DNA of 64,000 nt from a virus: IMG/VR virus record IMGVR_UViG_3300037427_000542, positions 1 to 64,000 of that record; one strand, 5' to 3'. Position 1 is the stretch's first letter. The number at the start of each line of letters is the position of its first letter. The position numbers and the translations under genes are program-made. The notes below the pieces were generated by a model that was not told the origin of the DNA, did not search any database, and saw only the letters and a program-made list of their open reading frames with translations. Positions 48,046 through 56,414 of this stretch are shown in pieces.

Positions 48046-49108
48046 TCTATTAGATAAATTACAAAAAAATTCCACAATTAGAGAAACAGATATTTTGACT
48101 GACTCTAAGTTTTTTAATGACAAAGACTTGATACAAACATCTGTTCCAGCAGTTAATGTTGCTTTAAGTGGTAAACTAGACGGTGGACTTACACCTGGAC
48201 TTACAGTATTTGCAGGTCCTAGTAAGCATTTTAAAACAGCATTTGCTATGTTATTAATTAAGGCACACCAAGAGAAATATCCTGATGGTGTTGTTTTATT
48301 TTATGATAGTGAGTTTGGTGCACCTAAGTCTTATTTTGAGACTTTTGATATTGATACTAGCAAAGTATTACATACACCTATTGCAGATATTGAACAATTA
48401 AAACATGATGTGATGCAACAGTTGAATGGTGTAGAACGAGGCGATAATATTATGGTTGTTGTTGACTCTGTAGGTAACTTGGCTTCTAAGAAAGAAGTAG
48501 AAGATGCCTTGGAAGGTAAGAGTGTAGCAGACATGACAAGGGCTAAACAAATGAAGTCCTTATTTAGAATGATTACTCCTCATCTAACAATTAAAGATAT
48601 TCCAGCTATTGTAGTTAACCATACATATAAAGAGATAGGATTGTTTCCTAAAGATGTGGTTAGTGGTGGCACAGGTATTTACTATTCTGCAGATAATATT
48701 TTTATTATTGGTAGACGACAACAAAAGACAGGAACAGAAGTTACAGGTTATGAATTTATAATTAATGTTGAAAAGTCTAGATTTGTTAGAGAGAAGTCTA
48801 AAATTCCTGTAGAAGTTACATGGGAGAACGGTATTAGTAAATGGTCTGGGTTACTAGACATGGCGATGGCTTCTGGACATGTAATTAAACCTAGTAATGG
48901 TTGGTATCAGAGAGTTGACATGGACACAGGTGAAGCAGTAGATCCTAAAGTTAGAGCTAAGGATCTAGGTAAAGATTTTTGGTTGCCTGTACTCTCAGAT
49001 AAAAGATTTGGAGACTGGGTTAAAAAGTCATATACTATTGGCTCTGTAGAAATGATGGCAGAGGAAATCAGTGATGAAGATATTCAACAAGAATACGAAA
49101 AAGTGTGA
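48038..49108 (+). CDS. uvsX: RecA-like recombinase
   Basis: AGPSKHFKT, FYDSEFG, DSVGNLASKKE, DMTRAK..KSLFR, VVNHTY, SGGTG. Confidence 0.96.
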   Translation: MGNLLDKLQKNSTIRETDILTDSKFFNDKDLIQTSVPAVNVALSGKLDGGLTPGLTVFAGPSKHFKTAFAMLLIKAHQEKYPDGVVLFYDSEFGAPKSYFETFDIDTSKVLHTPIADIEQLKHDVMQQLNGVERGDNIMVVVDSVGNLASKKEVEDALEGKSVADMTRAKQMKSLFRMITPHLTIKDIPAIVVNHTYKEIGLFPKDVVSGGTGIYYSADNIFIIGRRQQKTGTEVTGYEFIINVEKSRFVREKSKIPVEVTWENGISKWSGLLDMAMASGHVIKPSNGWYQRVDMDTGEAVDPKVRAKDLGKDFWLPVLSDKRFGDWVKKSYTIGSVEMMAEEISDEDIQQEYEKV

Positions 49109-49244
49109 TAGGTGTGAAAAACCTATAGACAAAAAAGACAAAGCATATTGTTTTCATAATGGCGATGACGAAGTATATATTTGTGCTCCGTGTGTCATAG
49201 AAGTTTACAATGATTACAAGACAGAGGTAAAAAGAGATGCTTGA
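49074..49244 (+). CDS. Small CxxC...CxxC zinc-finger protein (56 aa), not in ORF track
   Basis: MKIFNKNTKKCDRCEK...YICAPCV...; SD GAGG; overlaps uvsX end and gp41 start. Confidence 0.55.
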   Translation: MKIFNKNTKKCDRCEKPIDKKDKAYCFHNGDDEVYICAPCVIEVYNDYKTEVKRDA

Positions 49245-50592
49245 TACAATTATTCTAGTTAATTTAGTTAGAAACGAAAAGTATGTTAGAAAAGTTCTAC
49301 CCTTCATTAAAGAAGAGTATTTCTCAGATAACGAACATTCTTATGCGTTTAGACAGATTGCTGAATATATAGAAAAATATAACAACACACCTACACTAGA
49401 GGCAATGTCAGTTGCATTTGATAATGCTAGTGAGGAACAAAGAAGTTTATTAAAAACAGTATTTGAATATGAACAAGAGCCTCAGGAACTACAATGGTTG
49501 GTAGATGAAACAGAAAAGTTCTGTAAAGATAAAGCAGTTTTTAATGCAGTACTAGAAGGTATACAGATTATAGATGGTAAGAAAAAGGATATGACTCCTG
49601 ATGCTTTGCCTGATTTATTAACTGAGGCATTACAAGTAGGCTTTGATACTAATGTAGGACATGACTTTATTGAAGATGCTGATAAACGATTTGATTTTTA
49701 CAATAGAATAGAAAACAAAGTTCCTTTTGATCTGGATATGTTTAATAAAATTACAGATGGAGGACTATCTAACAAGACACTTAATATAGCATTAGCAGGC
49801 ACAGGTGTAGGTAAATCCCTGTTTATGTGTCATATGGCGTCAGCAGCTATTGCTAATGGACAGAATGTACTCTATATTACATTGGAAATGGCAGAAGAAA
49901 GAATTGCAGAAAGAATAGATGCTAACTTAATGAATGTTCCTATAGGAGATTTATCTAACATGTCTAAGCCTATGTTCCAAGATAGAATAGGCACATTAAA
50001 AGAGAAGTATGAAGGTAGATTAATTGTTAAAGAATATCCTACAGCATCTGCACATAGTGGACATTTTAAAGCATTGATTAATGAATTAAAACTAAAAAGA
50101 AACTTTCATCCTGAGATTATTTTTATTGATTATTTAAATATTTGCACAAGTTCTAGGTTTAGGCCTGGCAGTAGTGCTAACTCTTATACAATTATTAAAA
50201 GTATTGCAGAAGAACTTAGAGGTTTGGCAGTAGAACTAGATGTTCCTATTTTTAGTGCTACACAAACAACTAGAGGTGGTTATGGAAATAGTGATGTTGA
50301 CTTAACAGATACCTCAGAAAGTTTTGGTCTTCCAGCTACAGCAGATTTAATGTTTGCAATTATAAGTACTGAGGAGCTAGAACAACTTGGACAGTTTATG
50401 ATTAAACAGTTGAAAAACAGATATGCTGATCCTACAAGAAACAAAAGATTTATGATAGGTGTTGATCGTGCTAAAATGAAATTATTTGATTTGGAAGATT
50501 CAGCACAACAAGCTATAACGGACTCTAATATAGATGTTCCAGTATTTGACAGAGGCAAACAAGGAAGCGATTATGACAACCTTAAATTTTAA
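49237..50592 (+). CDS. gp41: Replicative DNA helicase
   Basis: LAGTGVGKSLFMC, YITLEMAEE, IDYLNI, SIAEELRGLA, ATQTTR, SESFGLPATAD, KQLKNRY. Confidence 0.97.
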   Translation: MLDTIILVNLVRNEKYVRKVLPFIKEEYFSDNEHSYAFRQIAEYIEKYNNTPTLEAMSVAFDNASEEQRSLLKTVFEYEQEPQELQWLVDETEKFCKDKAVFNAVLEGIQIIDGKKKDMTPDALPDLLTEALQVGFDTNVGHDFIEDADKRFDFYNRIENKVPFDLDMFNKITDGGLSNKTLNIALAGTGVGKSLFMCHMASAAIANGQNVLYITLEMAEERIAERIDANLMNVPIGDLSNMSKPMFQDRIGTLKEKYEGRLIVKEYPTASAHSGHFKALINELKLKRNFHPEIIFIDYLNICTSSRFRPGSSANSYTIIKSIAEELRGLAVELDVPIFSATQTTRGGYGNSDVDLTDTSESFGLPATADLMFAIISTEELEQLGQFMIKQLKNRYADPTRNKRFMIGVDRAKMKLFDLEDSAQQAITDSNIDVPVFDRGKQGSDYDNLKF

Positions 50593-51322
50593 TGATATAG
50601 AATTTGATGTAATAGATAATGTCTTGGCAAAAAGATATTCTAAGTTTCTAATGGAAAACATACATCAAAGTAAAGAGTTTTATTTCATGGGAGATAAAAT
50701 AGATGAGATTCTGTCTGAAATAGATAAAATTGTTTATATGTATGGCAAAGAGCCTACAAGAAACATGAATAAATTACATGATTATTTTGCAGACCATGAA
50801 GACGATCCTGAAATGAGTAGGTTGAATAATCTCATTCATTACTATGAATTAAGCTTAAACAACTTTCCACCTCGTTGGGGAATGATGGTAGGTGAGGCGA
50901 CAATGGAATTGTTTCCAGCAGACTATGAATACTTTACATTACTAAGGCAACCAGGTACTCTTTATGTGAATTATCCTCATGTAGGAAAACACTTTGCTGA
51001 GATTGCCTACTCTAGAGATTATGATATTCAAGAACATCAATATGTGCCTCAAGATATATGCAGGCCTAGTTTTCATATATGGTTAGGAGATGAAATAACT
51101 ATTGAAATGTTGAATACCAATGTTAATATATTGATTGATATAGCTCACGGAAAGTTAAAAGATAGGCTAAATTTGCCTAATATTGACGATCCTGCAATGA
51201 GAATAGGGTATATTCCATTTGCCACACTTAAAGATGATATAAATATAAATGAACTTACAAATCATCTTTTGAAGTGTAAGACTAAGAGTAAAAATCAATG
51301 GGAGTTATTTACAAATGGCTGA
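50573..51322 (+). CDS. Hypothetical protein, paralog of 25093..26181
   Basis: MNKLHDYF, LNNLIHYYE, PGTLYVNYPHVGK, IGYIPF. Confidence 0.75.
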   Translation: MTTLNFNDIEFDVIDNVLAKRYSKFLMENIHQSKEFYFMGDKIDEILSEIDKIVYMYGKEPTRNMNKLHDYFADHEDDPEMSRLNNLIHYYELSLNNFPPRWGMMVGEATMELFPADYEYFTLLRQPGTLYVNYPHVGKHFAEIAYSRDYDIQEHQYVPQDICRPSFHIWLGDEITIEMLNTNVNILIDIAHGKLKDRLNLPNIDDPAMRIGYIPFATLKDDININELTNHLLKCKTKSKNQWELFTNG

Positions 51323-51662
51323 ATCAGAAGTAAATATTAGTTTAGAAGAATATGAGGCATTAAAGGCAGCAGCAGCGCCAGCCGAAGAAGAGGCAGCGCC
51401 ACCTGGCAAACCTTGGTGGAGTGCACCTGACGATAGAGGTTGGATTTGGATTGCACCAGAGTATTTTAGTAGATGGAGATTATTTCCTCGTGCATTTATT
51501 AGCATGTATATCTACTTATTGTATCAGGTGACAAACTGGTTTATGGATTTACCTTCACCAGGACCTGAACAAGCAGGTCTTGTTAGTGTTGTCGTAGGAG
51601 CTGGAGCAGCCTGGTTTGGACTATATGTTAATAGTACAAGCACAGGACAGGATAAGAAGTAA
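51315..51662 (+). CDS. Membrane protein (two predicted helices)
   Basis: RWRLFPRAFISMYIYLLY...AGLVSVVVGAGAAWFGLYV. Confidence 0.7.
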   Translation: MAESEVNISLEEYEALKAAAAPAEEEAAPPGKPWWSAPDDRGWIWIAPEYFSRWRLFPRAFISMYIYLLYQVTNWFMDLPSPGPEQAGLVSVVVGAGAAWFGLYVNSTSTGQDKK

Positions 51663-52075
51663 TGCCTGAGGTTGTTTTATCAGATTTCTATATTGAGTTT
51701 ATAGGGTTTTTGCTCACCCTAATAATCGGGCTCTCTATTAGAGATTATGCTGGCTCTTTTGTTAAAGGCGCTAAGTTTAGATTTAACCCCGCCTTCCAAG
51801 AAGGCGATAAGGTGCTACTTGATGGTAGCCCAGCACTCATAGTTAAAATAGGATTGAGTGAAACAGTTTTTGGAATCTACGGAGAAGATGGATATACATG
51901 GAGGTATGTTCCAAATACTAGAATAGAATTCTTGAAGTTAGAGAAGATAGTGGACCCCGATTTACATCGGGATACTGCACAAGAGAAGGCACAAAAGATG
52001 GTAGATGCTTTCCAAGATGCTAACATACAAAAGAATGGAGAAGAGATTAATAAATTAAAAAATGGAGAAAAGTGA
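51662..52075 (+). CDS. Minimal MscS-like mechanosensitive channel domain protein
   Basis: TM helix then F.EGDKVLLDG...IVKIGL..T...VPN. Confidence 0.55.
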   Translation: MPEVVLSDFYIEFIGFLLTLIIGLSIRDYAGSFVKGAKFRFNPAFQEGDKVLLDGSPALIVKIGLSETVFGIYGEDGYTWRYVPNTRIEFLKLEKIVDPDLHRDTAQEKAQKMVDAFQDANIQKNGEEINKLKNGEK

Positions 52076-52308
52076 TGCCACCTAAATTTAAACCGAGTCA
52101 TAAAGAATATGTTAAAGGTCCAGACGGTAGACCAACAAAAAGAACAAGAATGAAACATTATTACCTAGCACAAACATCTACACAAGAGATTATTGACGGT
52201 ATAAATAAAGGTAAAAGAAAACATCGTAATAAATTTATTAATGAATTAACTAGGCGTGGAGTGAAATTAGTATGGAAGACGGAAGACGAGATAGCAACGG
52301 AACAGTAG
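52075..52308 (+). CDS. Basic hypothetical protein
   Basis: SD GGAG; coupled to neighbours. Confidence 0.6.
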   Translation: MPPKFKPSHKEYVKGPDGRPTKRTRMKHYYLAQTSTQEIIDGINKGKRKHRNKFINELTRRGVKLVWKTEDEIATEQ

Positions 52309-52850
52309 GTGAAGGCCAAAAGCCTGGAGCTTTAAAAATATATGATGGAGCCTTAAGTGAAGGCTTTGCTGATGATCTAATTGAAATATTCAATGCTAAC
52401 AAAGAAGCACACATAGAAAATAAACACGAAACTCTCAATTTCGTAGAGTACAACTACACCCTGAATCACAAAGAAGAAGATGTGCATAAGAGGCTCATGG
52501 AACATACAGGGCAACTCTATAAACATTACCTCGGGGATTTAGGCACAACCAATATGATTCAAGTATCTGGTTTCGAGGAAATCAAAATATACAAATATGA
52601 AAAAGGAACAGGGTTTCACGATTTACATATAGATGCTGTAGATCATGAAAGTTCTATTCGAGCAGTAGCCTTTACCTGGTTTCTCAATGAAACTGATGGC
52701 AATGTGGATTACCCATTACAAAGAATCGGTGTCCAGGCTCGCAAAGGCAGGGTAATTATAACGCCTGTATCGTGGGAATACCCTTCAAATAACCACATTT
52801 CTCAAGAATCTGACAAATATATGTTACAAACTTTTCTACATTTAGCCTAA
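52272..52850 (+). CDS. 2OG-Fe(II) oxygenase
   Basis: KYEKG...HDLHID, R.VAFTWFLN, P..W.YP..H, K.Y. Confidence 0.7.
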   Translation: MEDGRRDSNGTVGEGQKPGALKIYDGALSEGFADDLIEIFNANKEAHIENKHETLNFVEYNYTLNHKEEDVHKRLMEHTGQLYKHYLGDLGTTNMIQVSGFEEIKIYKYEKGTGFHDLHIDAVDHESSIRAVAFTWFLNETDGNVDYPLQRIGVQARKGRVIITPVSWEYPSNNHISQESDKYMLQTFLHLA

Positions 52851-52888
52851 GTTACTGATATTACACCAAAAAAGATTTGAAAAAATGC

Positions 52889-52917
52889 TTGACTTATGGT
52901 CCTGTAGAGTGCATAAT
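52889..52917 (+). promoter_or_regulatory. Sigma70-type promoter with degenerate dyad
   Basis: TTGACT-TATGGTCCTGTAGAGTG-CATAAT. Confidence 0.8.
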
Positions 52918-52949
52918 AACGGTATATTAAATAAAAAGGTATAAAGATT

Positions 52950-53327
52950 ATGACAAATTGGGAAGACTTATCAGAAAGAGATCAACTTTTAACTTATATT
53001 AGTGATACTCACAAAGATGCTTACGGGTTTAGACCTAGAGGCCTCTACAATGATATGTCTGTCCAAGAGCTTAAGGTTGAGCTTGATAGACTCTATGAGG
53101 CAGCTTCTGAGGAAGCAGATCGCATACATAATATCGAGACTCGAGCTTGGAAGGCTTTGAAAAGTCATTATGCCGATTTAGTTAATATGGGAGCAAAAGA
53201 CTTTAGGCAAGCTCTTGCTTGGGATATGGAAGCTGAAGATTGTGAATCATGGGACTTTGGGTTCTACTGTTACCACAAAAACCTTTCTTATTCTAAGGAA
53301 AGAGTGCTAGAAAGATTAGCAGCTTAA
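52950..53327 (+). CDS. Hypothetical early protein
   Basis: YISD.HKDAYGFRPR; own promoter. Confidence 0.75.
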   Translation: MTNWEDLSERDQLLTYISDTHKDAYGFRPRGLYNDMSVQELKVELDRLYEAASEEADRIHNIETRAWKALKSHYADLVNMGAKDFRQALAWDMEAEDCESWDFGFYCYHKNLSYSKERVLERLAA

Positions 53328-53351
53328 TAGCTCTTTTGGTCCACAAAGTGG

Positions 53352-53380
53352 TTGACTCTTGGTTGGCAAGAGTCTATAAT
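53352..53380 (+). promoter_or_regulatory. Sigma70-type promoter with spacer dyad
   Basis: TTGACT-CTTGGTTGGCAAGAGTC-TATAAT. Confidence 0.85.
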
Positions 53381-53417
53381 GTAACTTGTAAATTAGAAAA
53401 TATGGAGAAACGCTGTT

Positions 53418-53744
53418 ATGACAGATCAACTATTTAAATATGCAGGATATTCAGTTACGGAAGCAGGCCAAACTAAGGCTAGGTTCGGTAATGATATGGT
53501 ATCACGCATAAAGAAACTTACGGCTAAGGGTAACCAAGATACTTGGTTCGCTGAATTGCCGCAAGCCATGACCAAGAAGGAAGCATCAAACTTCTTACTT
53601 GAAAAGGAGGAGATTAAATCCAACTTTGATGTAAGAGATGCTTTACAAAAGGTCGTGTATCGTAATGTGCCTAAGGGAACGACTCGTGTCGTGAACGAGG
53701 GTGCTGTTTCAACCGGCAATGATGCCAACAATATGGAGAGCTAA
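53418..53744 (+). CDS. Hypothetical early protein
   Basis: F.YAGYS....KARF.ND..RIK.L...ELP..MTK. Confidence 0.7.
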   Translation: MTDQLFKYAGYSVTEAGQTKARFGNDMVSRIKKLTAKGNQDTWFAELPQAMTKKEASNFLLEKEEIKSNFDVRDALQKVVYRNVPKGTTRVVNEGAVSTGNDANNMES

Positions 53745-53745
53745 T

Positions 53746-53997
53746 ATGGCTAATCGTAAAGTGACCCAAACTCAAAAGGTTCTAAACTTTTTGAACAAAG
53801 GGAATAGTTTGAGCAATGCAGTAGCAACGCACAAACTTAAAGTAAACAGACTACCTGCTAAGATTCATGTTCTTAGACAACAAGGGTATCCTATTTACAC
53901 AAATTCCAATGCAGTAGGTAATCCTACTTACCGTCTTGGTACACCTAGTAGAGCAATGGTAGCAGCAGCTTTTAAAGCTGGCGTATCATTTAGCTAA
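53746..53997 (+). CDS. Small winged-HTH DNA-binding protein
   Basis: TQ..KVL..L..G..LS......L....L.A.I..LR..GY.I.T...YRLG. Confidence 0.65.
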   Translation: MANRKVTQTQKVLNFLNKGNSLSNAVATHKLKVNRLPAKIHVLRQQGYPIYTNSNAVGNPTYRLGTPSRAMVAAAFKAGVSFS

Positions 53998-54005
53998 GCT
54001 AACTA

Positions 54006-54056
54006 AATGGAGCCCTATATGAAACATAAGAACCCTGGGGCTCCATTACATTTTTT
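54006..54056 (+). terminator. Probable terminator hairpin
   Basis: AATGGAGCCC...GGGCTCCATT stem followed by ACATTTTTT. Confidence 0.55.
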
Positions 54057-54098
54057 GAGGTTTGGTACACCGAGGTCGTCAGAGATCAAAAGACCAAC

Positions 54099-54106
54099 TA
54101 TAAATA
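54099..54106 (+). promoter_or_regulatory. Late promoter TATAAATA upstream of tRNA
   Basis: Exact consensus. Confidence 0.6.
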
Positions 54107-54195
54107 TAGGAGAAGAGCTAGGCAGACTCGAAAAAAAGGCCGTAACAAAAACATATATCCTGGATAATGATATAAAACTTATCCACCGAATTTTT

Positions 54196-54271
54196 GCTCG
54201 GATAGCTCAGTTGGTAGAGCAGATGATTTGTAATCATCAGGTCGTAGGTTCAAATCCTATTCCGAGCTCCA
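54196..54271 (+). tRNA. tRNA-Thr(UGU)
   Basis: 76-nt cloverleaf: acceptor GCTCGGA/TCCGAGC, D arm GCTC-AGTTGGTA-GAGC, anticodon arm GATGA-TTTGTAA-TCATC, T arm GTAGG-TTCAAAT-CCTAT, encoded CCA. Confidence 0.97.
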
Positions 54272-54292
54272 GACAAACATAAAGGATAGGAA

Positions 54293-54538
54293 ATGGAAAA
54301 AATAGATTTAGCAAAAGAATTAATTGAAGCATTAAGCAATCAATATCGTGGCAATATACAAGCTGCAAGAGCTAATGTGAGAGTGTACCTAGAAAATCCA
54401 GCAGGGATTGGTGAGCACCCAGATATTATTCAATCTATTGACAGCCAGATCCAAATTATAGCAGACAACCAAGAGAAATTAGATATTCTCAATAGCCGTA
54501 GATTCAACTTTTCAGGGAGTAATTTTCCCGTTGAATAA
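54293..54538 (+). CDS. Conserved hypothetical protein
   Basis: AN..VYL.NPAGIGEHPDI. Confidence 0.75.
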   Translation: MEKIDLAKELIEALSNQYRGNIQAARANVRVYLENPAGIGEHPDIIQSIDSQIQIIADNQEKLDILNSRRFNFSGSNFPVE

Positions 54539-54728
54539 TTTACAAGCTACCTTTGGTAACGAATTTTTCCGTGCAGAAGTGAGACCTTTTAAGGACACAG
54601 ATCTGTACAAAGTAGAGTTTTTTAGTAAGGACGATTTGGTCTTTACAGAATATGTGGCTGACATAGCCACCGCTGAGGATACAGCAAAAACATTCGTTAG
54701 ACAAAGGGAGCGACTACATGGCAAATAA
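54531..54728 (+). CDS. Hypothetical protein
   Basis: TTG start with GGGAG SD; overlaps neighbours. Confidence 0.5.
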   Translation: MNNLQATFGNEFFRAEVRPFKDTDLYKVEFFSKDDLVFTEYVADIATAEDTAKTFVRQRERLHGK

Positions 54729-55203
54729 TGTATATTCTACTATTCAATTTCAAGAAGGCGACAATGAGGCAGAAAGAGAGTTCATAAGAATTTTTGAATT
54801 CATACAAACCTTCGATGAAAAAGGATTAGAGTTTGCAGACTTTTATCTCACCAATCAAGAAATTGTAGATGATGAGTTTATGGAAGATTGGGTAGGTCCT
54901 AGAAAAGCAGTCGTTACAAATTTTATGGGTACAGAAGTAGAGATAAAATCCTCTTGGATATCTCCTCGTGTATTTTTCGAAGGTTTATTAGAACATTTAA
55001 GAAACACAGATCCTGATGTTAAATTAAGTATGCAATATGAGGATGAATTTCTAATGTTCTGTGGTGTGTATGTTAACGACAAGAATATTGAAGAGTCAGG
55101 TGGTTGGTTCAAGGCACAATTCGATAAACTAGAAGATGACGAATTAGACTTCTTAGAGTTTGTAGAGGATATACAGATAGAATGGTTAGATGAATTGTGT
55201 TAA
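54718..55203 (+). CDS. Acidic hypothetical protein
   Basis: 161-aa ORF with SD GGAG. Confidence 0.7.
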   Translation: MANNVYSTIQFQEGDNEAEREFIRIFEFIQTFDEKGLEFADFYLTNQEIVDDEFMEDWVGPRKAVVTNFMGTEVEIKSSWISPRVFFEGLLEHLRNTDPDVKLSMQYEDEFLMFCGVYVNDKNIEESGGWFKAQFDKLEDDELDFLEFVEDIQIEWLDELC

Positions 55204-55377
55204 TTTTGTGTTGATAGTATGTTAGGAGGATATATAATGCGGTTTGTGGAAAAAATGGAGACATACGATTCACAATCTCCTACTTCTAACATTTTTATAT
55301 TTAATGGAGGAAGACTTGAGACTTGTTAAGACGACTTCAACCAAAGGTCAACAAGACGTCAAGATGGAGATGGAGAT

Positions 55378-55890
55378 ATGAGGTTAGATTACAAAGACTG
55401 TGGCAAAATTGGCATTACATGTAGCACATTTGATTTGCTACATGCTGGACATGTCGTTATGTTAGAGGAGGCCAAAAGGCATTGTGATTACCTAATAGCA
55501 GCGCTGCAAGTCGATCCTACTCAAGACAGACAAACAAAGAACAAACCTATTCAAAGTATAGTAGAAAGACAAATACAGTTAGCTGCTGTGAAGTATGTTG
55601 ATGAGATAGTTATGTACTCTACAGAATCAGAATTAGAAGATTTATTCCTTACACTACCTTTAAATGTTAGAATACTAGGTACTGAATATAGGGACAAAGA
55701 GTTTACAGCTAAGCAGATATGTTTAGATCGTAATATAGAATTGTTTTATAATGTAAGAGATCATTCTTTCAGTAGTACATCTCTTAGAAACAGAATACAA
55801 AACAATGAAATACAAAAAATAACTGGTTATGCAGATGCAGTGATGCCTGAAGTGATAGCCGCTAACAAAAAGAGGAAAGATGATGAGTGA
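55378..55890 (+). CDS. Cytidylyltransferase (TagD/glycerol-3-phosphate type)
   Basis: TFDLLHAGH, KP......ER, YVDE, R.H.FSST. Confidence 0.88.
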   Translation: MRLDYKDCGKIGITCSTFDLLHAGHVVMLEEAKRHCDYLIAALQVDPTQDRQTKNKPIQSIVERQIQLAAVKYVDEIVMYSTESELEDLFLTLPLNVRILGTEYRDKEFTAKQICLDRNIELFYNVRDHSFSSTSLRNRIQNNEIQKITGYADAVMPEVIAANKKRKDDE

Positions 55891-56101
55891 TGATAATAAA
55901 TATTTAGGTAAAAACACACCTGCCATTCGCAGAGTAGTTAATTGTTTAAATGCTGAGAAAAGAGCCTTACATGGTGAATTCAAGCACTATTGGAAGAACA
56001 CTGCTCAGAAAATAGCTAAATCAAATGATATAGATATAGAGCGTGTAAAAAATAATTTGGAGTTATACAATGCAGAACCTAAAAGTAGTAGCATCCACTA
56101 G
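55880..56101 (+). CDS. Hypothetical protein
   Basis: SD GAGG; coupled ORF. Confidence 0.55.
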   Translation: MMSDDNKYLGKNTPAIRRVVNCLNAEKRALHGEFKHYWKNTAQKIAKSNDIDIERVKNNLELYNAEPKSSSIH

Positions 56102-56414
56102 AATTTGGGAAGCTAAAAATCCTAATCAACCTGACTTTCCTATGTGGCACCCTGTTGGAGGGAGTGAATATATTATAGGTTATATGGATCTACCTGACGG
56201 CGAAGCACCACAACTGGCTCATATAGCAGAACATGTTACTAAATTTATCCATGTATTAGAGGGTAAGATTACTCCTAATGTGGTAGAGGTATTTGCAGGC
56301 TATGAAATTTACTATAAAGATGCTTTAACACATAACGAAGCATTTCAACTACAACAAGGTGATTCTATTGACTTCCCAGCTGAAGATGTTACAAAAATCG
56401 AAGGCGAATCATAG
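56070..56414 (+). CDS. Hypothetical protein
   Basis: SD GGAG; W.P.GGSEYII. Confidence 0.6.
   Translation: MQNLKVVASTRIWEAKNPNQPDFPMWHPVGGSEYIIGYMDLPDGEAPQLAHIAEHVTKFIHVLEGKITPNVVEVFAGYEIYYKDALTHNEAFQLQQGDSIDFPAEDVTKIEGES

Noticed and set aside
44264-50592. Introns, inteins or homing endonucleases in gp43, uvsX or gp41
   Set aside because: Lengths are normal, frames are continuous, and no LAGLIDADG, GIY-YIG, HNH or intein motifs were seen
54007-54282. 91-aa ORF in the track
   Set aside because: Spans a terminator-like hairpin, a late promoter and the tRNA-Thr
55204-55377. Short ORFs upstream of the cytidylyltransferase (30 aa from 55237; a TTG-start alternative from 55244)
   Set aside because: Frame is ambiguous and no motifs are present; cannot be called
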